From Macrostomum lignano (lineage: Eukaryota), in contig NIVC01001921.1 of the NCBI GenBank assembly GCA_002269645.1, forward strand, positions 62,001 to 126,000: a stretch of DNA of 64,000 nucleotides. Direction: 5' to 3'. Under the pieces are notes generated by a model. That model saw only the letters and a program-made list of their open reading frames with translations, was not told the origin of the DNA and made no database searches. The position numbers were made by a program, and so were the translations under genes. Of this stretch, positions 51,456 through 64,000 are shown one piece after another; positions within the stretch are counted from its first letter, which is position 1, and each line of letters opens with the position of its first letter.

Positions 51456-54400
51456 ATGGCCTTGGCCCAGCCAGCAGCTCCATCAACTCATCAAGCTAGC
51501 AGTTCTCAAACAGAGGCAGCATCCAATCGAAGCTTCATCATGTCTGAACGCGCCGCAGCCAGCAACAGCCTGCAGTTGTGCGAACGCAACGAGAGCGTCA
51601 TTAGCAACGGGTCGTTTAATTCGTACGAGTTGAGCGTCGGCCCGGTCGGCACGGAGGGCTCGGGCTCGCCGCTGATGCCAAGTCCCGGTGAGAGAACTCT
51701 GCAACCGTGACTGGCGGCTGAGTTGGCGTGGGAATGGACTTTGAGTCAAATTTTGCCACTTTCAGATGACACTCTTCCCTGTCTGATCATATCGCGGATG
51801 GAGGTGAAGTTGCTCTTTTATGACCTACGAGTCTGTATCTACTGGTGCTGGGTGGGAGCGCTGTTGGGGGCACTGCTAGGGGCACTGTTGGGGGGCACTG
51901 TTCGGGGGCACTGTTTTGGGGGAATTGTTGGGGGCACTGTTCGAGGGCACTGTTTGGGGGCACTGTTCGGGGTCACTGTTCGGGGCACTGTTCGGGGGCA
52001 CTGTTCGAGAGCACTGTTTTGGGGGCACTGTTGGGGGGGCACTGTTTGGGGGCACTGTTCGAGGGCACTGTTTTGGGGGCACTGTTGGGGGGCACTGTTC
52101 GGGGGAAACTGTTGGGAAGTACTATTAAGTGATTCACTCAGGCTCATGCTTAATTCTGCATAATGCATAATTCTCATCCCTGACTATGCCATCTGCGAAT
52201 TGGCAGAAAATTCCATTGAAGGATTTCAGCAGCGAGGTTCGCGCCAACCTGGACATCGAGCGCTTCTTGAAGGAGGCGACGCTGCTGCTGGATGTGGAGG
52301 CGGACAACGCCGAGGCCATCGTTTGTCGAATGCTGCAGGCTGTGTTCCGTGCTGAGCGACAGGCCGCATCTTCGGGCACGTCAGCTGCGGCTTCTTGCGA
52401 CCCGGCCGAGGACCCGGCCGAGTCCTGGGTGGACAGCCGCGTCCAGGAGGCCATGCGGGCGCTGTTTCTGCGGGTGGGATGGATGGAGTTGAGCTGTGAG
52501 TGAGGCTGGGCTAGATGAAGCTGTGAGTGAGGCTGGGCTAGATGGAGCTGTGAATGAGGCTGGGCTAGATGGAGCTGTGAATGAGGCTGGGCTAGATGGA
52601 GCTGAGTGAGTCTGGGCTAGATGTAGCTGTGAGTGAGTCTGAGCTGGATGGAGCTGAGCTGTGAGTGAGGCTGGGCAGGATGGAGCCGTGAGTGAGGCTG
52701 AGCTGGATGAAGCTGAGCTGTGAGTGAGGCTGGGCAGGATGGAGCCGTGAGTGAGGCTGAGCTGTGAGTGAGGCTGGGCTGGATGGAGCAAACTAGTTTG
52801 CCAGCTGTACAAAGAACATTACTGTACTACAAAATATTTGCATCTTGCCCACAAGCCTGCTGAGACCTCGGGCACCTGTTGTGAATAAAAAGGCCAGGTG
52901 TTTTTCTAGCATAGTTGTTTTTTTATTTCGTCAACAATCGCGGTTTTAGAGGAAGAGAGTAATCACAATTTTTTAGTCAAGCCTTTGATCAGAGCCAGTA
53001 TAAAGCTTTTGTGTCGCTCAGTGGCAGTATGCCGGATGTTCAAACAGATTTTTAAACAAGGGCGTTTCCAGCTCTCAATCCATCTGACTGTTTCGTGGTT
53101 TTTTGTTTTATTTTAGTGCTCAAAGTTTTTGTAATTTCTATTCTAGTACATAATTAGAATATGAATTACTAGTTGTGTTAAGATCGGTTTGGCATCAGAT
53201 GGTGCCGGGGCTGGGAGTGAGGTGGGTGTCGGGACTGGTAGTGAGGTGGGTGTCGGGGCTGGGAGTGAGGTGGGTGTTGGGGCTGGGAGTGAGGTGGGTG
53301 TCGGGGCTGGGAGTGAGGTGGGTGTCGGGGCTGGGAGTGAGGTGGGTGTCTGGGCTGGGAGTGAGGTGAGTGTCTGGGCTGGGAGTGAGGTGGGTGTTGG
53401 GGCTGGGAATGAGGTGGGTGTCTGGGCTGGGAGTGAGGTGGGTGTCGGGGCTGGGATTGAGGTGGGTGTCGTGTCTGGGAGTGAGGTGGGTGTCGGAGCT
53501 GGGAGTGAGGTGAGTGTCGGGACTGATACTGAGGTGGGTGTCGTAGAACTTGGTGAGTTGGGCCTCGAAGTCCGAAAGGCGTCAAATTATAATAATCCAT
53601 CCTTATCTCTCTACTGATTTATCATTGCAGACCAGCGCTTGGCCAAGACGATCAGAAGTGTATCAATTCTTGATAACGACGGCTTAAAGACTGATAACAG
53701 CTGGCTGTGCACCATGTGAGCTCGTGGAAGAGTCTTTTAGAGCATTTAAAAAGACTCAACAAGATAGAAAAATACTCGATTTCCAAAATCTCTAGTAGAA
53801 GAAATTCGATAGTCTTCTTTATCTAAGGAAAATAATGAATCTGAAAAGAAGTCAAAGGTTTGCGTGACATAAGCAGAATAAAATTAGTCACGGATTCAAC
53901 CGATCTGGGCAATAATTTGAGCAGGATATTACATTTCATCCAGAGAGGCACCGGTCCCACCGCAGTCTGTGCTCGATAGGAAAATAGCAACAGTGCCATT
54001 TGATATCTGAAGTCCCACTGGCAGTGGATTAGGAATCTTGCTTTTAATCTTCAGTGTGGTATTAAAGATTCACCGGAAGCCTTGCATCTAGAATTTCAAT
54101 TGCTAAATTGTAAATGGATGAATGGATTTCATCTGCCTAGGCTAGTGTATTCTAAGGATGTCTAGCTCTAGCCAAGCCCTGTCTAACACTAGCCAATCCC
54201 TGTCTAACACTAGCCAAGCCCTGTCTAACACCGCAGGTGCTCACTGAGAGATCTGAACAAGCGCCACGTGGCCATCGCTCGGCTCCGCAGTCCGGTGAAC
54301 TTGGGCCGCGACTCCGAAGGCGTCAACTTCGTCCTGCTCGTCCTGACGCCCACAAAGGAGGTGCGGAAAGACCCCAGTTAGAAAATAATGAACACTTCAG

Positions 54401-57400
54401 AAAAGTTTCAGAAACAATATTTCCAAGTTTTTTCTTTGTAGAAAGGTACAAAGAATGACATCGAGCTTGGCCGAACGTTCGCCAGCATCCTAGTCGACGC
54501 CGAGCTCCGCCGCCGGCTGCTGCACGCCCAGTCGGAGCGCGAGTTCACCCAGCTGCTGCAGGTTCAGGCGCGCGACCTGCGCGAAGAACAGCGCGCTTGT
54601 AAGCGCAGAAGTCTGCGCGCCCAGGATTTTATGACTGAGACGTTTAACTATGTGAGCGATAGGGGTGTGGGCCGTCCAGAATGTACATAGGAGAATCATT
54701 GACTCCACCCAGAATGTACATAGGAGAACCATTGGCTCCACCCAGAATGTACATAGGAGAACCATTGACTCCACCCAGAATGTACATAGGAGAACCATTG
54801 GCTCCACCCAGAATGTACATAGGAGAACCATTGACTCCACCCAGAATGTACATAGGAGAACCATTGACTCCACCCAGAATGTACATAGGAGAACCATTGA
54901 CTCTGCCCAGGATGTACATAGGAGAACCAGTGGCTCCACCCAGAATGTACATAGGAGAACCATTGGCTCCACCCAGAATGTACATAGGAGAACCATTGAC
55001 TCTGCCCACAATGTACATAGGAGAACCATTGACTCTGCCCACAATGTACATAGGAGAACCATTGACTCTGCCCACAATGTACATAGGAGAATCATTGACT
55101 CTGCCCACAATGTACATAGGAGAACCATTGACTCTGCCCACAATGTACATAGGAGAACCATTGACTCTGCCCACAATGTACATAGGAGAACCATTGACTC
55201 TGCCCACAATGTACATAGGAGAACCATTGACTCTGCCCAGGATGTACATAGGAGAACCATTGACACTGCCCAGGATGTACATAGGAGAACCATTGACTCT
55301 GCCCAGGATGTACATAGGAGAACCATTGACTCTGCCCACAATGTACATAGGAGATCCATTGACTCTGCCCAGGATGTACATAGGAGAACCATTGACTCCA
55401 CCCAGAATGTACATAGGAGAACCATTGACTCTGCCCAGGATGTACATAGGAGAATCATTGACTCTGCCCACAATGTACATAGGAGAATCATTGACTCTGC
55501 CCACAATGTACATAGGAGAATCATTGACTCTGCCCACAATGTACATAGGAGAATCATTGACTCTGCCCACAATGTACATAGGAGAATCATTGACTCTGCC
55601 CACAATGTACATAGGAGAATCATTGACTCTGCCCACAATGTACATAGGAGAATCATTGACTCTGCCCACAATGTACATAGGAGAACCATTGACTCTGCCC
55701 ACAATGTACATAGGAGAATCATTGACTCTGCCCAGGATGTACATAGGAGAACCATTGACTCCGCCCACAATGTAACATTGGAGAATCATTGACTCCACCC
55801 AGAATGTGCATAGGAGAATCACTGACTCCGCACAGAATGTACATTGGAAAATATCTGACTCTCACAGTGTGTACAATCGAGAATGATCTGATCATTAAGT
55901 TTGAATTGAATGTACATTCATCAAACCAAGAAGAGAGCATCCTGCACCGAGTAACCGGGTGAAGTGCACTTTCAGGACAGCACTTGGCTCCTGTGCAACG
56001 GCATCAGGGCTGATCTCAAACGGCGATTGCCCCACTATCTGTCCGACTTTGCCGATGGTAAACAATGAATAAATTTTACGATATTTTAAATCAATCTTGC
56101 CTATGTTGAGTCCGAACCGCACTTTTTAAACTGCAGGTTTTCGAGGCCCCAAAACGCTAAATAAAGTGGCGAGCACGATCGTGTTTTTGTACTTTGCCTG
56201 CCTGATGCCCTGCATCGCTTTCGGAGTGCTGAACAGCCGGCAGACTGGGGGAGCGCTGAGTGAGAGCCGTTTAGCATCGGCTGTAATTTATACTTTATTC
56301 CTGCCTGCCGCGCTCAGCCAATCAGAAAGAACCTGCGACCCCTCTCTACTTTCCTTCCCGCGATCAGCCAATCAGAGAGAACCCGAGACCTCTCTCTACT
56401 TCCCTCTCCGCGATCAGCCAATCAGAGATAACATTAGACCCCTCTCTACTTCCCTCTCCGCGATCAGCCAATCAGAGATAACATTAGACCCCTCTCTACT
56501 TCCCTCCCTACGCTCAGCCAATCAGAGAGAACCTGAGGCCTCATAATTGAATTTATTACTCATTCCTAAATTTCTTTTAATATAACCCGATCTCATAGCG
56601 GTGGAGCACGTGATTTTGTCCCAGTGCATCGGCGGCGTCGCCTTCGCCCTGATTGGCGGTCAACCTTTGATCGTGCCGCTGACGACTGCACCGATTGCCC
56701 TCTACACGCGCAGTGAGTCTGAAGGATTGGGTATGGGGTGCAGGACAGGGTGTGGGATGGAGGGCTTGGTTTTGGATGGCGGACTGGGTGTGGGGTGCAG
56801 GACAGGGTGTGGGGTGCAGGACAGGGTGTGGGGTGCAGGTCAGGGTGTGGGGTGAAGGACTGGGTGTGGGGTGCAGAACTGGGTGTGGGGTGCAGGACTG
56901 GGTGTGGGGTGCAGGACAGGGTGTGGGGTGCAGGACTGGGTGTGGGGTGCAGGACTGGGTGTGAGGTGCGGGACTGGGTGTGGGGTGCAGAACTGGGTGT
57001 GGGGTGCAGGACTGGGTGTGGGGTGCAGGACTGGGTGTGGGGTGCAGAACTGGGTGTGGGGTGCAGGACTGGGTGTGGGGTGCAGGACTGGGTGTGGGAT
57101 GGAGGACTGGGTGTGGGGTGCAGGACTGGGTGTGGGGTGCAAGACTGGGTGTGGGGTGCAGGACTGGGTGTGGGGTGCAAGACTGGGTGTAGGGTGCAGG
57201 ACTGGGTGTGGAGTGCAAGACTGAGTGGGTGATTGTGGATTGGTGTGGGGTGCGGGACTGGGTGTGGGATGGAGGACTGGATGTGGGTGCAGGACTGGGT
57301 GTGGGATGGAGGACTGGGTGTGGGGTGCAGGACTGGGTGTGGGATGGAGGACTGGGTGTGGGATGGCGGATTGGGTGTGAGGTGAGGACTGGGTGTGGGC

Positions 57401-60400
57401 TGCAGGACTGGGTGTGGGGTGAGGACTGGGTGTGGGCTGCAGGACTGGGTGTGGGGTGAGGACTGGGTGTGGGGTGCAGGACTGGGTGTAGGATGCAGGA
57501 CTGGGTGTGGGGCGCAAGACTGAGTGGGGGATTGTGGATTCGTGTGGGTGCAGGACTGGGTGTGGGGTGAGGACTGGGTGTGGGGTGCAGGACTGGGTGT
57601 GGGGTGAGGACTGGGTGTGGGGTGCAGGACTGGGTGTGGGATGCAGGACTGGGTGTGGGGCGCAAGACTGAGTGGGGGATTGTGGATTCGTGTGGGTGCA
57701 GGACTGGGTGTGGGGTGAGGACTGGGTGTGGGGTGCAGGACAGGGTGTGGGGTGAGGCCTGGGTGTGGGATAGCGGATTGGGTGTGAGGTGAGGACTGGG
57801 TGTGGGGTGCAGGACTGGGTGTGAGGTGAGGACTGGGTGTTGGGTGAGGACTGGGTGTGGGGCGAGGACTGGGTGTTGGGTGAGGACTGGGTGTGGGATG
57901 GAGGACTGGGTGTGGGGTGCAGGACTGGGTGTGGGATGGAGGACTGGGTGTGGGGTGAGGACTGGGTGTGGGGTGAGGACTGGGTGTGGGGTGAGGACTG
58001 GGTGTGGGGTGAGGACTGGGTGTGGGGTGAGGACTGGGTGTGGGGTGAGGACTGGGTGTGGGGTGAGGACTGGGTGTGGCGTGAGGACTGGGTGTGGGGT
58101 GAGGACTGTATGTGGCAAAGGTGGCAAGGCCAGCCCACCCCAATTCCCCACACAGTAATATTCGAGCTGAGCCAGTCCTTTGAGGTGGACTTCCTGGCGC
58201 TGTACGGCTGGGTCGGTCTGTTCAACTCCCTGCTGCTGGTGGCCTTCGCGATGTGCGACCTGAGCAAGTTGATGCGGTGGTCCACTCGCAGCACCGAGGA
58301 GATCTTCGCCATTTTTGTGGCCATCACCTTCACGGTGGAGGCGGTGAAGAGCATCTGGTACAGTGAGTTCGGGTGGTCTTTTGTGTGTTCTTTGCCATGG
58401 CTTCACCTTGTCTAATGTGCAATTGGCCTTATTGCATGTGTACTGAACTGCACATGATCCGGTGTCTAATGTGCAATCATGTATTCTATTGAATGTGTAC
58501 TGAACTGCACATGATCCGGTGTCTAATGTGCAATCATGTATTCTATTGAATGTGTACTGAACTGCACATGATCCGGTGTCTAATGTGCAATCATGTATTC
58601 TATTGAATGTGTACTGAACTGCACATGATCCGGTGTCTAATGTGCAATCATGTATTCTATTGAATGTGTACTGAACTGTACATGATCCGGTGTCTAATGT
58701 GCAATCATGTATTCTATTGAATGTGTACTGAACTGCACATGATCCGGTGTCTAATGTGCAATCATGTATTCTATTGAATGTGTACTGAACTGTACATGAT
58801 CCGGTGTCTAATGTGCAATCATGTATTCTATTGAATGTGTACTGAACTGCACATGATCCGGTGTCTAATGTGCAATCATGTATTCTATTGAATGTGTACT
58901 GAACTGTACATGATCCGGTGTCTAATGTGCAATCATGTATTCTATTGAATGTGTACTGAACTGCACATGATCCGGTGTCTAATGTGCAATCATGTATTCC
59001 ATTGAATGTGTACTGAACTGCACATGATCCGGTGTCTAATGTGCAATCATGTATTCTATTGAATGTGTACTGAACTGTACATGATCCGGTGTCTAATGTG
59101 CAATCATGTATTCTATTGAATGTGTACTGAACTGCACATGATCCGGTGTCTAATGTGCAATCATGTATTCTATTGAATGTGTACTGAACTGCACATGATC
59201 CGGTGTCTAATGTGCAATCATGTATTCTATTGAATGTGTACTGAACTGCACATGATCCGGTGTCTAATGTGCAATCATGTATTCTATTGAATGTGTACTG
59301 AACTGTACATGATCCGGTGTCTAATGTGCAATCATGTATTCTATTGAATGTGTACTGAACTGCACATGATACGGTGTCTAATGTGCAATCATGTATTCTA
59401 TTGAATGTGTACTGAACTGCACATGATCCGGTGTCTAATGTGCAATCATGTATTCTATTGAATGTGTACTGAACTGTACATGATCCGGTGTCTAATGTGC
59501 AATCATGTATTCTATTGAATGTGTACTGAACTGCACATGATCCGGTGTCTAATGTGCAATCATGTATTCCATTGAATGTGTACTGAACTGCACATGATCC
59601 GGTGTCTAATGTGCAATCATGTATTCTATTGAATGTGTACTGAACTGTACATGATCCGGTGTCTAATGTGCAATCATGTATTCTATTGAATGTGTACTGA
59701 ACTGCACATGATCCGGTGTCTAATGTGCAATCATGTATTCTATTGAATGTGTACTGAACTGCACATGATCCGGTGTCTAATGTGCAATCATGTATTCTAT
59801 TGAATGTGTACTGAACTGCACATGATCCGGTGTCTAATGTGCAATCATGTATTCTATTGAATGTGTACTGAACTGCACATGATCCGGTGTCTAATGTGCA
59901 ATCATGTATTCTATTGAATGTGTACTGAACTGCACATGATCCGGTGTCTAATGTGCAATCATGTATTCTATTGAATGTGTACTGAACTGCACATGATCCG
60001 GTTTCTAATGTGCAATCATGTATTCTATTGAATGTGTACTGAACTGCACATGATCCGGTGTCTAATGTGCAATCATGTATTCTATTGAATGTGTACTGAA
60101 CTGCACATGATCCGGTGTCTAATGTGCAATCATGTATTCTATTGAATGTGTACTGAACTGCACATGATCCGGTGTCTAATGTGCAATCATGTATTCTATT
60201 GAATGTGTACTGAACTGCACATGATCCGGTTTCTAATGTGCAATCATGTATTCTATTGAATGTGTACTGAACTGCACATGATCCGGTGTCTAATGTGCAA
60301 TCATGTATTCTATTGAATGTGTACTGAACTGCACATGATCCGGTTTCTAATGTGCAATCATGTATTCTATTGAATGTGTACTGAACTGCACATGATCCGG

Positions 60401-60847
60401 TGTCTAATGTGCAATCATGTATTCTATTGAATGTGTACTGAATTGTACATTATCCTGTCTAATAGGCACTAATGTGTCTAAAAATTACTTTTGAGAATTT
60501 TTGCAGAAAATATCTGTTTTACACATTTTTAGCATATTAGATCTACGAAAGCGAGATATTTGCCAGCGGGAGAAAAACAGAAGTAGCAATTTCAACCAAT
60601 CGTAAAGGAATTAATTAAGCTGCGTTAATCTGCGAGCGCATCTGTCGGTCAGATCCCGACTGAATCTTAGATTGGGCGGCCAGCAACAGATTCTGGGCAC
60701 ATCTGGGCTTCCATCTGTCTCAGAAAGGCAAAAAATTATGAGCACTCACGGGCCCGCCTTGCCGTGCGGGATGGGGTGGCGCTGTGGCTGCGCGGGAATT
60801 CTTCATCTCTAAGAAATTCATTTTCTACGCTGTGACTCAAAGCGGTC

Positions 60848-60904
<57 letters not shown>

Positions 60905-63425
60905 CTAAGACAGACAGACAGACAGACAATAATCAAATAGGCTACCCTATTGCCTATTTACAATCAGCATTTCAGACTTACTACTGCGACCCCTCGGTAG
61001 TTCCGACGGCCTCGAGGCCAACTTCATGGGGCAGCAACGCGTCTTCCGACGAGCAACCGTCAGCAACCGTCTGCCAGCGGGACAGCAGCATCCTGTACCT
61101 GCTGCTCTGCCTGGGCACCGTGTTTCTGGCCATGTACCTGCTCAACTTTACCGAGACGTGAGTTATCTTCGGCCATTATCTAAGACTGTACATTTAGGGA
61201 TCACGTGACCATGTCTAAGACTGTAAATTTAGGGATCACGTGACCATGTCTAAGACTGTACATTTAGAGATCACGTGACCATGTTTAAGACTGTACATTT
61301 AGGGATCACGTGACCATGTCTAAGACTGTAAATTTTGGGATCACGTGACCATGTTTAAGACTGTACATTTAGGGATCACGTGACCATGTTTAAGACTGTA
61401 CATTTAGGGATCACGTGACCATGTTTAAGACTGGAAGAGTAATATTTCTCGAAAAGCAGAATATTAGGAGCCACGTGAAAGCCTATTAATTAACCTGACT
61501 AAATATTCAGGCCTTACCTGAACCGGGCAAAACGCGAAGCGATGGCGGACTTCTCAATACCCGTGGCAGTCTTGGCGATGTCTGTTCTGGGCACCTGGCT
61601 TTTTAAAGATGTAGCTTGTAAGATGTTCGATTGTATGACATAATTTTGCTGCAGTACCAACGCTTTGCTCTCTAGGATGTGTAGTGAAACACCAAGTACT
61701 CACTATCAACGCCAGGAAACTGAATTTATACCCCGGAAAAGCTTCGTCACTCTTTGGGTTCTTATTGTCCGCCCTCACACTGAGAGATTCCACCGGTCAC
61801 TTCTAAAATTCCATATCTGTCACTCCTTAGATTCAATTGTCACTTCTTAGATCCAAATTGTCACTCCTTAGGTTCAAACTAGCACTCTTAGATTCAAATT
61901 GTTACTAATCTAATTTCAATTGTCACTCCTTAGGTTCAAATTGTCATCCCTAGAAGTTTAATTGTCACTCCTTGTAATTTTAATTTTCCCTCGTTCGACT
62001 CAAAATTGTCACTCCATCGACTCAAAATTGTCACTCCATCGACTCAAAATTGTCACTCCATCGACTCAAAATTGTCACTCCATCGACTCAAAATTGTCAC
62101 TCCATCGACTCAAAATTGTCACTCCATCGACTCAAAATTGTCACTCCATCGACTCAAAATTGTCACTCCATCGACTCAAAATTGTCACTCCATCGACTCA
62201 AAATTGTCACTCCATCGACTCAAAATTGTCACTCCATCGACTCAAAATTGTCACTCCATCAACTCAAAATTGTCACTCCATCGACTCAAAATTGTCACTC
62301 CATTGACTCAAAATTGTCACTCCATCGACTCAAAATTGTCACTCCATCGACTCAAAATTGTCACTCCATTGACTCAAAATTGTCTCTCCATCGACTCAAA
62401 ATTGTCACTCCATCGACTCAAAATTGTCACTCCATCGACTCAAAATTGTCACTCCATCGACTCAAAATTGTCACCACTTCGACTCAAAATTGTCACCACT
62501 TCGACTCAAAATTGTCACCACTTCGACGTGCTCACAGTGGAAGGCTTCACCTGTCAGCCGAACGTACGTCTCGAGCTCACGGTTGCTAGGCAGTTGTCAG
62601 GGCCCGGCATTGCGGCGGCCCTGGGCCTGGCGGTGCCGCTGGCTGTGCTGTGCTTCATGGACCAGAGCATCAGCTCGGCCACCGTCAACTGCCCTGCCAA
62701 CAGGTGAGCCGGATGGAGTGGGACATGCTGTCTCCACTGCTCGTAACCCAATACTCTTCTGCTGTTGCTGTCGATGGCGGGTCCATTGATTTGGCTCCAC
62801 TGAGGTATAACTTTGACTTTTTTTATCGAACCTCTGCCCACTTTGCCTTCTTTTGTCTGCAAATTCTCTTTGACTTTTTACATTCCCCCCCCTATCTTTC
62901 ACTCTGTAAGAAGCCTCTTGACATCGATCTCTGTTCGCTCTCTCATGTCTGCCTCTCTCATCTGCCTTCTCCTGTCTCTCCTTTCTGTTCTCTCTCCCCT
63001 CTCCTCTCACCCTACTTCCTTCTCCATTCTCCCTTCTCGCCTCTCCCCTCTCTTCTCTCCTTCTCTATTCTCTTCCCTCTCCTCTCTTTTCTCTGCCATC
63101 TCTCCTTAGCTCCTATTCTTCCCCATTTTCATCTCTCTTTCCCTCACCTTCCTCATTATTAGATAAATGTCATTGGGTGATGCAATTACCCTGGTATTTC
63201 AATCATTACATGAAACCCATTACAAAATTCTCAACCGCTGGCCAGGCTGCAGAAGGGCTCGGCCTACCACTGGGACCTGCTGGTGATGGGCCTCATCAAC
63301 GGCTGCCTGTCACTGTGCGGCCTGCCGTGGCTGCTCGGCTCGCTGCCCCACTCGCCGCTGCACGTGACGGCGCTGGCCGACATTGAGGAGCGAATCGACC
63401 CCGGCCAGCAGCTCGTGCGGCAGAC
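51456..63425 (+). CDS. SLC4A11: SLC4 family anion/borate transporter, SLC4A11 (BTR1/NaBC1)-like; 14 exons, 3' end beyond the window
   Basis: Exons 51456-51687, 51766-51803, 52207-52495 (donor uncertain), 53631-53715, 54237-54360, 54442-54651, 55976-56057, 56137-56259, 56599-56712, 58156-58362, 60968-61157, 61511-61617, 62538-62703, 63246-63425; phases are consistent. Motifs: [119 protein letters not shown]. Confidence 0.93.
51850..52112. repeat. 12-14-bp degenerate minisatellite (gggggcactgtt)n
   Basis: SLC4 intron 2. Confidence 0.88.
52485..52790. repeat. ~27-bp minisatellite (gatggagctgtgagtgaggctgggcta-like)
   Basis: Starts at the end of SLC4 exon 3. Confidence 0.88.
53200..53542. repeat. 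24-bp minisatellite (gagtgaggtgggtgtcggggctgg)n
   Basis: About 14 copies. Confidence 0.92.
54678..55850. repeat. 33-bp minisatellite (atgtacataggagaaccattgactctgcccaca)n
   Basis: About 35 copies. Confidence 0.95.
56310..56545. repeat. ~50-bp minisatellite containing cagccaatcagag
   Basis: 4-5 copies. Confidence 0.85.
56725..58110. repeat. ~20-bp G/T-rich minisatellite (gactgggtgtggggtgcag / gactgggtgtggggtgag)n
   Basis: Fills a SLC4 intron. Confidence 0.94.
58410..60460. repeat. 57-bp minisatellite, about 35 near-identical copies
   Basis: tactgaactg recurs at 58441, 58498 and onward; no spacers. Confidence 0.96.
60850..60928. repeat. Short (GACA)n with a CACTAA interruption
   Basis: Direct inspection. 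Confidence 0.9.
61178..61433. repeat. 35-bp minisatellite with TCACGTGAC
   Basis: About 7 copies. Confidence 0.93.
61995..62527. repeat. 22-bp minisatellite (cgactcaaaattgtcactccat)n
   Basis: About 24 copies ending 10 bp before an acceptor. Confidence 0.95.
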
Positions 63426-63554
63426 GTGAGTTGCCCCACATACCGATATGTATCGAAAATTGAGTTTTTTGATGACTGGAAAGGTATTTAGATTCGAATT
63501 TCAACAAAAATATCGACCTTAAGGTAATCATGCTTATCAATCTCACCTTTAACT

Positions 63555-64000
63555 ATAGAATCCCACCCTAAAGAGTCCCACCCTAAAGAATTCCACCCTA
63601 AAGGATCTCACCCTAAAGGATCTCACCCCAAAGAGTCTCACCCCAAAGAGTCTCACCCCAAAGAGTCTCACCCCAAAGAGTCTCACCCCAAAGAGTCTCC
63701 CCTTAAAGAGTCTCACCCCAAAGAGTCTCACCCCAAAGAGTCTCACCCCAAAGAGTCTCACCCCAAAGAGTCTCACCCCAAAGAGTCTCACCCCAAAGAG
63801 TCTCACCCCAAAGAGTCTCACCCCAAAGAGTCTCACCCCAAAGAGTCTCACCCCAAAGAGTCTCACCCCAAAGAGTCTCACCCCAAAGAGTCTCACCCAA
63901 AGAGTCTCACCCCAAAGAGTCTCACCCCAAAGAGTCTCACCCCAAAGAGTCTCACCCCAAAGAGTCTCACCCCAAAGAGTCTCACCCCAAAGAGTCTCAC
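63555..64000. repeat. 15-bp minisatellite (ccccaaagagtctca)n
   Basis: Runs off the window end. Confidence 0.95.

Noticed and set aside
54490-58406. Long antisense and sense ORFs over SLC4 introns
   Set aside because: Translations of the 33-bp and 20-bp repeats; the real exons are accounted for.
58410-60460. CRISPR-like array
   Set aside because: Head-to-tail 57-bp units with no unique spacers, inside a eukaryotic intron; no cas genes.
62940-63160. Pyrimidine-rich ORFs 62650-63162
   Set aside because: Low-complexity intronic CT tract between two SLC4 exons.

Overview
Eukaryotic (animal) genomic DNA. By my rough tally about 45% is tandem repeat, with a different mini- or microsatellite inflating almost every large intron or spacer. 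That architecture is reminiscent of the flatworm Macrostomum (inference, not established). Three spliced genes could be reconstructed by hand with GT-AG junctions and consistent phases. (1) The last two exons of a fibrinogen-C-domain (FReD) gene, + strand, 327-1058. (2) A DPP4-family (S9B) peptidase, - strand, with 16 shared exons (2178-15237, 841 codons). It has a DPP6/DPP10-type ELVGS..NW+TM N-terminus but an intact Ser-Asp-His triad, and is preceded by at least 4 (up to about 7) candidate mutually exclusive phase-0 first exons spread over 15.9-38 kb. (3) An SLC4A11-like anion/borate transporter, + strand, 14 exons from 51456, running off the window. Between genes 2 and 3 lie an AT-rich, array-free island with an orphan single-pass membrane ORF, and a three-level nest: minisatellite > solo-LTR-like element (TGTTGT..ACAACA, 4-bp TSD) > 5'-truncated RNase H-bearing LINE (13-bp TSD). 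Two tRNA-derived SINE families are present, and in one copy the Pol III A-box has been amplified about 107-fold into an 18-bp minisatellite. Several arrays are seeded from functional signals (splice acceptor/donor, A-box, target site). Most long ORFs in the supplied track are translations of repeats.
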